64,000 nt of DNA from Chthoniobacteraceae bacterium. GTDB lineage: Bacteria; Verrucomicrobiota; Verrucomicrobiia; Chthoniobacterales; Chthoniobacteraceae. Shown here in pieces: positions 1-9,226 of this stretch. Every line of letters begins with the position of its first letter. Within the stretch, counting starts at the first letter, position 1. A model generated the notes under the pieces. It was not told the DNA's origin. It ran no database searches and worked only from the letters and a program-made list of their open reading frames with translations. Made by a program: the position numbers and the translations under genes. Location: assembly GCA_037190965.1 (NCBI GenBank), contig JBBCKI010000023.1:34619-98618 (forward strand), read 5' to 3'.

Positions 1-56
1 GCCCTCTCAAAGTCTGAAACAAAGATCTCGAACCAGTTGATTGCGTTGGTTTTCAT
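1..56 (-). CDS. VOC/glyoxalase family protein, N-terminal part only (runs off the window)
   Basis: ATG at 56 on the minus strand gives MKTNAINWFEIFVSDFER; NWFEI..D..RA is the typical start of VOC-family proteins. Not in the ORF track. Confidence 0.75.
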   Translation of the reverse strand, partial: MKTNAINWFEIFVSDFER

Positions 57-128
57 AATGAATGGAATCGATTTTGACCGGCCCGAGGAGTCTGTTCCGC
101 AGGCACGCACGCATTGCACCACAGGGTA

Positions 129-146
129 CTGACAACCCTATGTCAG
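129..146. promoter_or_regulatory. Palindromic CTGACA-N6-TGTCAG site, probable WYL-regulator binding site
   Basis: Perfect 6-bp inverted repeat between the WYL gene stop and the VOC start. On the minus strand TGTCAG is followed by 10 nt and then TGCAAT, a -10-like hexamer. Confidence 0.65.
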
Positions 147-155
147 GAGGGAAAA

Positions 156-1097
156 CTATTTTGCATATCGGGCGGCGACGGCCATCGCCTCTTCCCGCAG
201 CCGCTGCCTCAGTTCCGCGGGATGTTCCACCTCGACCCGGGTGCCAAAACTCAGCAACCAGCGCGTAAGGTACTCCGGCGCAAAGGAAAGGATCTCGAGG
301 CGTACACGGCCATCCGGCAGCGGCTCCTCGCGCACGGGCGATGAAGGGGCTTCCGCCCGAAAGCGCTCAAGAACTTCGCGAGCCACCACGAGAACCGTCG
401 GAGTGACTTCCTCGCATTCCATTTCCCTGCGAAGAAATTCTTCCATCGAAAAGTCGGCATGCCCCTCGAAGGTTTCCGACAGCACTTGCCAGCTTTCCAC
501 GCGGTCGAGCCGGAAATCGCGCAAGCTCTCTCTCAGGCGGCACCAGGCGATGAGATGCCATTGTCGCGCGTAAAACACCACGCCAAGGGGCTCAACGACA
601 CGCTCCGTGATTTCGCCCCGCCGTCCCGCGTTATATTGCAGGCTCAGGCACCGACGCCGAACGATGGCTTCCTGCATCGGCATCAGATCTTTGCCTCCGG
701 GCATCGATCTGCCGAAGTGAATATTAACCGCACGCTCCAGCCTCGCCATGTAGTCGCGCTGATCCGCGGACAGGACCGCGCGGATCTTCAACAAGGCCCC
801 GCCGATGGATCGCTTCAGCGATTCGTCCGCCACCTGCCCGGTCACCTCCGCGCCGATGACCAGGGCGGCCGCCTCCTCTTCGGTAAACATGATCGGCGGC
901 ATGTGATAACCCCTTGCCAGACTATAACCGACGCCGGCTTCGGCCACGATGGGGACCCCGGCTTCCCCAAGTGCGGCAATATCTCGATAGACCGTTCGGA
1001 TGCTGATCTCAAAATGCGCCGCAATCTCCTCCGCAGTAATCACACGGCGGCCTTGCAGGAGGAGAATTACCCCGGTGAGTCGGTCGATCCGGTTCAT
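156..1097 (-). CDS. YafY-family HTH-WYL-WCX transcriptional regulator
   Basis: N-terminal MNRIDRL...EISIRTVYRDI HTH; WYL core WHLIAWCRLRESLRDFRLDRV; C-terminal WLLSFG..VEV..P.ELR. Confidence 0.93.
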   Translation of the reverse strand: MNRIDRLTGVILLLQGRRVITAEEIAAHFEISIRTVYRDIAALGEAGVPIVAEAGVGYSLARGYHMPPIMFTEEEAAALVIGAEVTGQVADESLKRSIGGALLKIRAVLSADQRDYMARLERAVNIHFGRSMPGGKDLMPMQEAIVRRRCLSLQYNAGRRGEITERVVEPLGVVFYARQWHLIAWCRLRESLRDFRLDRVESWQVLSETFEGHADFSMEEFLRREMECEEVTPTVLVVAREVLERFRAEAPSSPVREEPLPDGRVRLEILSFAPEYLTRWLLSFGTRVEVEHPAELRQRLREEAMAVAARYAK

Positions 1098-1225
1098 CCC
1101 TCGCGTATAATCGTCGTTTACCCAAACTCCAAGGCTTCATCCTCATCGACGGTCACTTGCCGCCCTCGGACCTTCGGGATGCATCACCTCCCAATGCACC
1201 CGGAGTCAGATGACTATGCCTAGAG

Positions 1226-2599
1226 CTAAACCCCCTCGAGCTTCCGCTCGGGATGCCTCGCAGCTTCCTTTCCGCTGGTGATCCAGAGCCTCGCCGTAAT
1301 GGCGAGGGCGGTGAAGATCAAGCCAACGAGGAGTCCTGTCCAAACACCCATCGCTCCCATTTTGGTGTGGAACCCGAGGATATAAGCAACCGGTGCCGCG
1401 ATGCCCCAGTAGGCGATATAGATAAAGGCCATTGGCACTCGCACATCTGCAAGGCCCCGTAAGCCCCCCATGCCGATGATCTGGCTTGCATCGAAAATTC
1501 CGAAGAGACCCGCGATCACCAACAGCGTTACTGTCAAGGCAACCACATCCGGGTCAGAAACAAAGAGCTGTGCAAGCCATGAGCCGCTCACAAGAAAGAG
1601 AATGCTGGAGCAGCTCATAAGCAGGACTCCCAACCCCAAAGCACCAAATGCGATGGGACGGATCCTGAAGTTCTCCTTCGCGCCGATCACCTGCCCGACC
1701 CGTACAGTCACGGCGAGAGCAAGACCCAACGGCACCATAAAAGCAGTGGCCGCACAAGTGAGGGCGACTTGATGTGCCGCGAGCGCGGTAACGCCGATCC
1801 ACCCCATCATCAACGTTGCAGAAGCGAACAAGCCAACCTCGCCCAACAGATGCACCGCCGAAGGCCATCCAAGCCGGAAGAGAATGCCGAATCGCTGGGT
1901 AAACGCTTCCCACGTCATGCGTCCAACCAAGTAAGGCCGGTAGCTTTTCTTAAGCAAGATCGCGGAATAGAGCGCAACCACGACCGCAATTCGCGCCACC
2001 AGGGTGCCGAGTCCCGCGCCCGTGAGCCCCATCTGGGGCATCCCCATGTTCCCGAAGATAAACAGCCAGTTGAGGAAAATATTGAGCAACACGCCGCCAA
2101 TCATGATCCAGAACGGCAGCCAGGGACGGGAAAGTGATTCGGAAAAATCCTTCCCAGTTACCGTGATCAGTGCGGGAACGATCGACCATCCGACAAGGAT
2201 CAGAAAAGCCTTCCCCTCGCGGATCACCTCCGGGTCCTGCCCGAGCAAATGCAGCCACGGCGCGACGATCTGGATCGCCAACGCCATCAAACATCCAGCC
2301 GCAGCGGCAAGGGCGGTCCCGGCGATCAGGAGTTCTCCCGCCTCGCGATGCTCATTGGCACCAAAGGCTCGTGATACACAGATGGAGACAGAGGTGATCA
2401 ACCCGAAGCCGAAGACCAGGAAAACGTGAACCACCATGATGGCAAAAGCACACGCGGCCAAAGGCACAACGCCGAGGCGGGCGACCATGATAGTATCGGC
2501 CCATCCCATCATCATCTGGCCCAGCTGACCGGCGATCATCGGAGAGGCCAAACCGAGTGTCAGGCGGTTCTCGGCTATTACTTTTTGAATACGCGACAT
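1226..2599 (-). CDS. MATE family (NorM-like) efflux transporter
   Basis: About 12 hydrophobic segments; DTIMVARLG, LAAHQVA, GGLRGLADVRVP and GVWTGL motifs. Start placed at MSRIQK (2599), downstream of the leader terminator. Confidence 0.9.
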   Translation of the reverse strand: MSRIQKVIAENRLTLGLASPMIAGQLGQMMMGWADTIMVARLGVVPLAACAFAIMVVHVFLVFGFGLITSVSICVSRAFGANEHREAGELLIAGTALAAAAGCLMALAIQIVAPWLHLLGQDPEVIREGKAFLILVGWSIVPALITVTGKDFSESLSRPWLPFWIMIGGVLLNIFLNWLFIFGNMGMPQMGLTGAGLGTLVARIAVVVALYSAILLKKSYRPYLVGRMTWEAFTQRFGILFRLGWPSAVHLLGEVGLFASATLMMGWIGVTALAAHQVALTCAATAFMVPLGLALAVTVRVGQVIGAKENFRIRPIAFGALGLGVLLMSCSSILFLVSGSWLAQLFVSDPDVVALTVTLLVIAGLFGIFDASQIIGMGGLRGLADVRVPMAFIYIAYWGIAAPVAYILGFHTKMGAMGVWTGLLVGLIFTALAITARLWITSGKEAARHPERKLEGV

Positions 2600-2648
2600 A
2601 AAAATCTTTCTCGTGTTGAAATTCGAAACAAAGCCGCGACGAGAGCAC

Positions 2649-2680
2649 AAAAAAACCCGCCGCGAGAGATTGCGGCGGGT
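2649..2680 (-). terminator. Intrinsic terminator in the MATE 5' leader (attenuator)
   Basis: Minus strand ACCCGCCGC-aatctctc-GCGGCGGGT followed by a T-tract, about 50 nt upstream of the MATE start codon. Confidence 0.8.
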
Positions 2681-2699
2681 GTAGAAAAAGCCGGACTGC

Positions 2700-2810
2700 T
2701 TATATCGTCCTGGATACCCCGCCGCTGCACAGGCCATTCCAAGCTGACGCCCCCACGAAGATGGCCGGGGAGCCAGAGGAGGCTTGGTTAATGAGTGGCT
2801 TGGTAAACAT
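2700..2810 (-). CDS. Putative 36-aa leader peptide of the MATE attenuator (MFTKPLINQASSGSPAIFVGASAWNGLCSGGVSRTI)
   Basis: ATG at 2810 to TAA at 2700; ends 20 nt before the terminator and covers the antiterminator strand (GCGGCGGG, 2718-2725). Confidence 0.5.
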   Translation of the reverse strand: MFTKPLINQASSGSPAIFVGASAWNGLCSGGVSRTI

Positions 2811-3063
2811 CGAGCCTTACAGCAAAGCAAATATATCGCACTCCATCAAGAGTTTTGTATCAACAATCTTGAGGCAAAACTCCATCCAACCCGATGAGGC
2901 GGGAGCGCGGCGACCGATGCGCATTATTCGGGATCATCAATGCAATTACGGTTTTACTTGTGATTTCAAAAATGAGACCCTAAAACGACCTCCCCTTGAG
3001 AGAGCCCCTCTCCGCGATTTCATTCCGACATTTCCCAGACCACGTCAGCCCAACATTCCACTC

Positions 3064-4212
3064 ATGAAGATCATCAACCTTGGCGTCATCGGAGCCGAAA
3101 GAAGGGGCGTCATTGCTCAATGGGCCCACAAGCCCGAAGCAGGGGTTCGCCTGAAAGCAGCTTGCACGCTCCGCAAGGAAAACATCGTCGGGATGAAGGA
3201 CACGTTCGGGCCGGACTTCTTTATTACAGAGGATTACCGGGAACTTCTCGCGCAACCCGAACTGGATGCCGTCTTCGTCTGCACGCCCGACTTTCTTCAC
3301 GAGGAGCACGCGCTGGCGGCCATTGAAGCGGGCAAACATGTCTATCTCGAAAAGCCGATGGCGATCTCGATCGAAGGTTGCGACCGGCTCCTGGCAGCCG
3401 CGAAGAAGAAGGGCGTCATTCTCTACCTGGGCCACAACATGCGGTTCATGTCGGTGATGACCAAGATGAAGGAACTGATCAACTGTGGAGCCATCGGTGA
3501 GGTGCAATCGATCTGGTGCCGCCACTTCATCTCCTATGGCGGTGACGCTTATTTCAGGGACTGGCATTCGGAGCGCCAATTTGCCCACGGGCTTCTTCTT
3601 CAAAAGGGAGCCCACGATATCGACATGATTCACTGGTTCGGAGGAGCCCATACCGTCCGGGTGTCCGGCATGGGCAAGCTGAGCGTCTATGACCGCCTGC
3701 CGCGCCGCAAGGAAGGGGAGCCAACTCCGTCCGTGGACTTCACGAGGTCCAACTGGCCGCCGGAAGCGACCGGAAACTACAGCCCCATTATCGACGTGGA
3801 AGACCACAGCATGGTCATGATGCAGCTGGCCAACGGCGTCCAGGCCTCCTATACGCAAAGCCATTACACACCGGACGACCAGCGTAACTACACGATCATC
3901 GGCACGCGGGGCAGGATCGAAAACTACGGCGATCACTCGACCGATGACAAATGGGCGACGGTCCATCTCTGGAATCGTCGCACCGGCTACAATGAAATGG
4001 GGCACGAAGTCTACCGGATCGCCCCATTGGACGGATCTCATGGCGGAGCCGATCCGTTGATCATCGATGATTTCATCAACGTTATCCGTGGCGCAGCCCC
4101 TCAAGGCGCGACCCCTATCGATGCCCGCATGGCAGTCGCCGCAGGTTATCTCGCCACGGAATCAATTCGCAACGGAAGCATTCCGTACGATATCCCGCCG
4201 ATCAGGGAGTAG
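3064..4212 (+). CDS. Gfo/Idh/MocA family oxidoreductase
   Basis: LGVIGA, DAVFVCTPDFLH, GKHVYLEKP, LLQKGAHDID and HGGAD motifs; start at MKIINLG. Confidence 0.9.
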   Translation: MKIINLGVIGAERRGVIAQWAHKPEAGVRLKAACTLRKENIVGMKDTFGPDFFITEDYRELLAQPELDAVFVCTPDFLHEEHALAAIEAGKHVYLEKPMAISIEGCDRLLAAAKKKGVILYLGHNMRFMSVMTKMKELINCGAIGEVQSIWCRHFISYGGDAYFRDWHSERQFAHGLLLQKGAHDIDMIHWFGGAHTVRVSGMGKLSVYDRLPRRKEGEPTPSVDFTRSNWPPEATGNYSPIIDVEDHSMVMMQLANGVQASYTQSHYTPDDQRNYTIIGTRGRIENYGDHSTDDKWATVHLWNRRTGYNEMGHEVYRIAPLDGSHGGADPLIIDDFINVIRGAAPQGATPIDARMAVAAGYLATESIRNGSIPYDIPPIRE

Positions 4213-4300
4213 GGGAATACAACAGCCCTGCCCGGCGGCCTTCGCGTCCCGGGTCCATGGACCGCTGTTTTGTCTTTTCTTTGCCGGGGAGACGATTCTT

Positions 4301-4813
4301 ATGGAATCGCCACTTCCTCTTACCAAGATGTTGAAATTCAATCTCCCGTTCCGTGTGCTGGCGATTCTCGCCTGTACGGTCATTGCCTCCGTCGCCCGTG
4401 AGTCTGCCACTGTCGCCCCGGAGCAACCCGCCAAAGACAAGGCCGTCGGCTACGATAACAAGATCAAAGTCTCCCCGCTTTTGATTTCGTCCACCACGGC
4501 GGACGGGGCACCGATTGTCTATCCCAAGACCGACAATCCCGAGGTAAGGATTCTCATGATCGATATACCGCCGGGCACCGAGACCGGATGGCATAAACAC
4601 CCAATGCCCTGCTACGGTTATATCGTCTCGGGCAGCATCACGGTCGAACTGGAGAATGGCACGAAAAACAAATTTGAAGCCGGGCAGGCATTGGCGGAAG
4701 TGGTCAACACCCTTCACAACGGGAAGAATACCGGCACGGAAACCACCCGCATCCTGATGGTCGTCACCGGCGCCAAGGATGTTCCCTCGGCGGTGGCGAT
4801 TCCAAAGCCTTAA
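4301..4813 (+). CDS. Secreted cupin-domain protein
   Basis: Signal-peptide-like N-terminus; IPPGTETGWHKHP...YIVSG and E.VNTLHNGKN cupin motifs. Start may be 4328. Confidence 0.8.
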   Translation: MESPLPLTKMLKFNLPFRVLAILACTVIASVARESATVAPEQPAKDKAVGYDNKIKVSPLLISSTTADGAPIVYPKTDNPEVRILMIDIPPGTETGWHKHPMPCYGYIVSGSITVELENGTKNKFEAGQALAEVVNTLHNGKNTGTETTRILMVVTGAKDVPSAVAIPKP

Positions 4814-4830
4814 CCTCTCCCAACATCCCT

Positions 4831-5034
4831 ATGCCGTACGTAAACATCCAGATCACCAAAGGGACGACAAGGGAGCAGAAAGCTCAATTGGTCAAGGAGA
4901 TTACGAACTCGCTGGTTCGCGTGCTCAACAAAAAGCCCGAACACACGCACATCGTTATTCAGGAGATCGAGGAGGAGAACTGGGGCTTCTCGGGACTCCT
5001 GACCGACGAGTGGAAAGGCCGTCAGCCCCGGTAG
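4831..5034 (+). CDS. 4-oxalocrotonate tautomerase family protein
   Basis: Pro1 after Met (MPYVNIQI), TREQK..LV, EENWG.SG; 67 aa. Confidence 0.9.
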   Translation: MPYVNIQITKGTTREQKAQLVKEITNSLVRVLNKKPEHTHIVIQEIEEENWGFSGLLTDEWKGRQPR

Positions 5035-5062
5035 CCAAGAGGCGCGGGATACGCTCCGAAGC

Positions 5063-5728
5063 TCAAATCACCCGGGGCCCCGCCAACGCGAGCAGCGCCA
5101 ACATTCTGCCGGTGCGTCCCTTTTCCATCCGGTAGGAGTAATACCGCTCCAGGTCCGAACCGGTGCAGGCCCCCGGGTCGATCACTTCGCCCACCCCCAT
5201 TTCCCGACATTGCTCGACGATCTCGGCGGCGAAGTCGATTTCGTAGTGCGGAGGCCGGATGCACGGGCTGAGCTGGATGACCGTGTTCGCGGGCTCTGTG
5301 CCGTAAGCGCACTCCATCTTTCGCAGCATGGCCGGGACAATGCCCAGCTCGGTGCCTTTTTTGCCCGAGTGCGCCAGCCCGATGCAACCGTTGATGGCAT
5401 CGACGGCGTAAACCGCGCAGCAGTCCGCCACATAAATCCCGAGGCAGACGTTGGGACGGTTGGTGACAAGCGCGTCAACCCCCTCCACGGGCGATTGAGT
5501 GGTTTCGCCGACTATGGCGACGCCATTGCCATGCACTTGTTGGGCGGTGACGAACGCCATTCCCTCGAACCCCAGATCATACCGCGCCTGTTCGTGGTAC
5601 CCGGCAAGCCGCTCCAGCGCGGTTTCGCGGTCGGCATCGACATCGAGGCCGGCAATGCGACCAATAAAAGCGTTCAAGCAGGAGCCGCCCGCCGCCAGGG
5701 CCGGATAAATTTCAACCGGAGTGCTCAT
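5063..5728 (-). CDS. pgeF: YfiH/PgeF polyphenol-oxidase (laccase-domain) family protein
   Basis: QVHG, DALVT, VADC, AHSG, CT....YYSYR...TGRM motifs. Confidence 0.85.
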   Translation of the reverse strand: MSTPVEIYPALAAGGSCLNAFIGRIAGLDVDADRETALERLAGYHEQARYDLGFEGMAFVTAQQVHGNGVAIVGETTQSPVEGVDALVTNRPNVCLGIYVADCCAVYAVDAINGCIGLAHSGKKGTELGIVPAMLRKMECAYGTEPANTVIQLSPCIRPPHYEIDFAAEIVEQCREMGVGEVIDPGACTGSDLERYYSYRMEKGRTGRMLALLALAGPRVI

Positions 5729-5887
5729 GGGGAATCTCTCTCGTGGTTCTTTGGTTCAGGCCTCTCCCGCCGCCCGGGCTGAAAGCCAAATCCATGTTTC
5801 ACTCTATCTTGCAGCCATCGAGTTGCACGGTCAAATTTCTGTGAGGGAAAATCCCACGATTCCTGACGGTGCGATAACGCCCTTCGG

Positions 5888-7465
5888 CTACCTCGTTTTT
5901 GGCTTTTCCCGCCAGAGAGGCCGTTTTCGATGAACCAGCGGGTCCTTGAAAGTTTCATTATAACAAGTGGCCGAACCGGTGGCGCGGTCGAATTCCGCCA
6001 GCGCCGAGATGTAGTTATACTTGGCCTGATACTTCGTCACCTGCGCCTGCGTGAGCGCCACGGTGGCGTTGAGAAGGTCGAGTTGCGTGCCCGCGCCCGC
6101 CGCCAGCCGCTCGCGGGCGAGCCGGACCGCTTCCTCGGCCTGTTCCACATTCTTGACCTGGCTCAAGACCGTCTGCCAGGCCTGGTCGAGATTCGCCCAG
6201 GCTTGCTGGACCTCCAGATCCACCTGCGCCACGGAGTCGTCGTAATTGTTGTGCGCCTCCTCCAGACGGGCTCGCGCCTGCTTCACTTTCCCGTAAGTTT
6301 CAAAACCGTCGAAAATATTCCAGTTCCCCTGAACTCCGAAAAACCAGCCATGCACGACGTCACCCAGCGACTTGGCGAAGCGGTCGTTCTGAATCACGTA
6401 ACCCGCATTGGCCTGCAAGGTCGGTTTGTAGCCCGCCTGCTGAACGACGATGTCTTCCACCTCGATCAGAATATTCTGGCGCTGCGCTTTAAGAGAAGGC
6501 CGCCGCTCGCGCGCCTGCTGGAGCGCTTCAGCGAGCCCGAGGCAAACGGGAGGCGTCGTCAGGGTCCCGATGAGCCGGAACGGCTCCTGGTTCGCCCCCA
6601 GGGAGCGGGTTTCGTATCCGAGCGTTTTTGCGAGTTGAAGGAGGGAGATACGGTAGTTATTCCGCGCCTGGATCAATGCCGGAAGGGCATTGGCCAGGGC
6701 CACTTCGGCTTGAAGGACATTAAACCGTGGGACCGTTCCCGCCTCGTACCTGGCCCTCTGATCGGCCACCTGGGCGGTGAGCAGTTCCACGGCCTCTTCC
6801 TGCACCAGAATGAGCGCCCGGTTGAGCACCCCCAGGTAAAACTGCTGGCGAACCGTGGCGACCACCTGATCGACCGTGTCGCGCAGGAGGAAGATCTGCT
6901 GGTCCTCGGTAAGTTTGGCGATCCGGATGGCGGCCTTGATGCGCCCGCCTGAGTAGATCACCTGCGTGGCCTGAATGGTGATCTGCCAACTGGTGTTCTG
7001 GATGACGGGTCCGGAAGGCGAAGGCGTCGGAGAGATCGAAGGACTCGTGCTCGGAGTAGCGGTGGGGCTGGCAGTGGGGGTGGGGGTGGGAGTTGGCGTA
7101 GGGGTGGGGGTCGTGCTCGCTCCGGGAAAGCCCGCCGGAGGACTGCCAAACCCGGTATTCAATCCGCCGCGCGCCAGGCTCTGCGCTTCGCGTTGAAAAC
7201 TGCCGTTAAGAGTAACATGAGGCAGCGCCTGCGAACGGACCTCGATCACCTGCCCCTTCGCACGCTCGATCTCCTGTTCCGCATTAAGCACCAGCGGGCT
7301 CTGCCGCAGGGCAATTTGCACCGCCTCGTCAATCGTCAACGGCTGAGGGGCGCACTGGAGCGCTTTCCGCCCGAGAAGGCGCTGCAGGGGCGCGCCGGTA
7401 TCTCCGGCCCAGAGGGCGGCACCCGTAATCAGGAGAAACCAAGGTAGGAGCCGCTTACAGTCCAC
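5888..7465 (-). CDS. TolC family outer-membrane protein with a Pro/Thr-rich insertion
   Basis: Signal peptide; LTIDEAVQIAL, ARYEAGTV..FNVLQAEV and RERLAAGAGTQLDLL OEP repeats; (TP)n tract. Confidence 0.88.
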   Translation of the reverse strand: MDCKRLLPWFLLITGAALWAGDTGAPLQRLLGRKALQCAPQPLTIDEAVQIALRQSPLVLNAEQEIERAKGQVIEVRSQALPHVTLNGSFQREAQSLARGGLNTGFGSPPAGFPGASTTPTPTPTPTPTPTASPTATPSTSPSISPTPSPSGPVIQNTSWQITIQATQVIYSGGRIKAAIRIAKLTEDQQIFLLRDTVDQVVATVRQQFYLGVLNRALILVQEEAVELLTAQVADQRARYEAGTVPRFNVLQAEVALANALPALIQARNNYRISLLQLAKTLGYETRSLGANQEPFRLIGTLTTPPVCLGLAEALQQARERRPSLKAQRQNILIEVEDIVVQQAGYKPTLQANAGYVIQNDRFAKSLGDVVHGWFFGVQGNWNIFDGFETYGKVKQARARLEEAHNNYDDSVAQVDLEVQQAWANLDQAWQTVLSQVKNVEQAEEAVRLARERLAAGAGTQLDLLNATVALTQAQVTKYQAKYNYISALAEFDRATGSATCYNETFKDPLVHRKRPLWREKPKTR

Positions 7466-7630
7466 GCGGACGTCTTCGGCAACCGGAGCGTGAACGGGTG
7501 TATCTAAATTCCGCTCAAAAACGGAAATTTTGCCGCAAAAAGCATCGAGAACGCGCTTTTTTCTACCGCTTTAGCCTAAAAACGGCGATGGGATTTGTCG
7601 GATCGCCCCGATTCGTCGACGTTTTTGGAC

Positions 7631-7993
7631 TTAGGGCTTGGCGACCCAATCCCCCGGACGGGGCGCGCCACTGGTGATTTCCGCGATGAAAAACGGGCGC
7701 GCCTGCTCCGGGCTGACACTCAGGGTGGCGGTTTCCCGCTGATCCTCTGGAGCATGGGCTTTGAGGGCGGTGCCCGGCACGAGGCCTTCGGGGGAATCGA
7801 TCAATACAAAGCCGAGGTCGCCGTTCACCATCGAAATCGTCCCGACAGGGCGCACCTTTACGGCGGTGGCTTTCTGGGCGTCGGTCGCCTCCACGCCGGA
7901 TTGTTCTCCCTTTTTTCCCGCGCGGTGGGTCGCGCAGGCGGAGAGAGTAAGGCTGACGAGAAGGGCGGCCAAAATGCGGCAATGGGAGGACAT
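7631..7993 (-). CDS. Hypothetical lipoprotein
   Basis: Lipobox LSAC after a hydrophobic stretch, then VGTISMVN..LGFVLID. Start taken at MSSHC. Confidence 0.65.
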   Translation of the reverse strand: MSSHCRILAALLVSLTLSACATHRAGKKGEQSGVEATDAQKATAVKVRPVGTISMVNGDLGFVLIDSPEGLVPGTALKAHAPEDQRETATLSVSPEQARPFFIAEITSGAPRPGDWVAKP

Positions 7994-8076
7994 GGGGTTC
8001 AGAAACGAATCAGATTTCCGCGTTCCCCGCAACCTTCGGCTTGCACGAGCTTTATTCCACCGCTAATAACGCCTTC

Positions 8077-8187
8077 ATGGGTCAACAACTGAGAAAAGTC
8101 GCAAAACGCCGCCGCCGGGTGGCTTATCTGGAACGCAAAAAGGAAGCCGCCGTTATCAAGGCTGCTTCCGCCAAAGCAAAGAAGTAG
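8077..8187 (+). CDS. Small basic 36-aa protein (MGQQLRKVAKRRRRVAYLERKKEAAVIKAASAKAKK)
   Basis: Clean ATG...TAG ORF below the ORF-track cut-off; 14 of 36 residues are K/R. TTGCAC-N17-TAATAA lies immediately upstream. Confidence 0.7.
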   Translation: MGQQLRKVAKRRRRVAYLERKKEAAVIKAASAKAKK

Positions 8188-8310
8188 CGCATTTCGACGC
8201 TTCTTCCCTGAAATCGCGCGTTGATCGTTGCCCCCGGCCGTCAGGTCATGGCAGCGGTTCGCGCGCTTTTTCGTGTCCGCATGCCGAGCTCCGCTCTATG
8301 CTGCACACCG

Positions 8311-9201
8311 ATGCACGAGGCGATTGACTCCTTCATTCTTTATCTCGCGACCGAGCGGGGTCTCTCGGACAACTACCAACTCTCCACGCGGCAATCGCTG
8401 GAGGGTTTTGCGGAGTGGCTTTCCTCAACCCGGCAAATCACCGATCCCCGCGCGGTTGAGTTTTCACACCTCACCGGCTATCTCGCCTTCCGCAAACAAG
8501 GCGGGCTGGCGGCCGCTTCGATCAAGGTGATCGTCGTGGCGCTGAAGATTTTCTTCCGTTTCCTGGCCCAGCGCCGCCGGGTCGACCGCGACATCGCCGA
8601 GGTGCTCCCGCTTCCCCGCGTGGAACGTTATCTGCCGGAGACGCTCAACGAGATACAACTGGAGCAATTGCTCGAAAGCATTCCGCTCGACCAGCCACTG
8701 GGACTACGCGACCGCGCCATGATCGAGCTGCTCTACGCCAGCGGGTTGCGCGTGTCGGAGCTGGCTCACGCCCGGCTGGAGCATCTGCATCTGGAGGAAA
8801 AAGTGATCCGCGTCACCGGCAAGGGAAACAAGACCCGGCTGGTCCCGCTCGGCAGCAAGGCGCGGGATGCCGTGGAGCTCTACCTCCGCAAGGAACGCCC
8901 GTTGCATGTCAAACGGAGGACCGGGAGCGAAATCTTTCTCTCGGTGCGGGGCGGCCCGCTCACCACCGTCCGCTGCTGGCAGATCGTCAAGGAGCGGGCC
9001 AAAAATGCGGGGCTGGAAGAGAACGTCTATCCGCATCTTTTGCGGCATTCCTTCGCCACGCATCTTCTCGGGAACGGAGCCGATCTGCGGCTCATTCAGG
9101 AGATGCTCGGCCATGCCGATATTTCCACCACGCAAATTTACACGCACGTCGATCAGGCGCGGCTCAAGGCGGTGCACCACAAATTCCACCCGAGGGGGTA
9201 A
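8311..9201 (+). CDS. xerD: Site-specific tyrosine recombinase XerD
   Basis: ERGLS.N, RDRAMIELLYASGLRVSEL, GKGNKTRLVP, YPHLLRHSFATHLL, LGHADISTTQIYTHV, FHPRG. Confidence 0.92.
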   Translation: MHEAIDSFILYLATERGLSDNYQLSTRQSLEGFAEWLSSTRQITDPRAVEFSHLTGYLAFRKQGGLAAASIKVIVVALKIFFRFLAQRRRVDRDIAEVLPLPRVERYLPETLNEIQLEQLLESIPLDQPLGLRDRAMIELLYASGLRVSELAHARLEHLHLEEKVIRVTGKGNKTRLVPLGSKARDAVELYLRKERPLHVKRRTGSEIFLSVRGGPLTTVRCWQIVKERAKNAGLEENVYPHLLRHSFATHLLGNGADLRLIQEMLGHADISTTQIYTHVDQARLKAVHHKFHPRG

Positions 9202-9226
9202 GCGATAACGCCCCCGGGCGGCCCGA

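Noticed and set aside
2600..2830. Known riboswitch (FMN, SAM, TPP) or N-terminal extension of the MATE protein
   Set aside because: No consensus aptamer motifs recognised by eye (an Rfam scan is still needed); the ORF-track extension runs through a terminator and is not MATE-like.
5725..5958. 77-aa ORF between tolC and pgeF
   Set aside because: Overlaps the tolC 3' end and has no recognisable features; probably intergenic.
8311..9201. Tyrosine recombinase as a prophage or island integrase
   Set aside because: Motifs and length fit housekeeping XerD; no att repeats or phage genes nearby.
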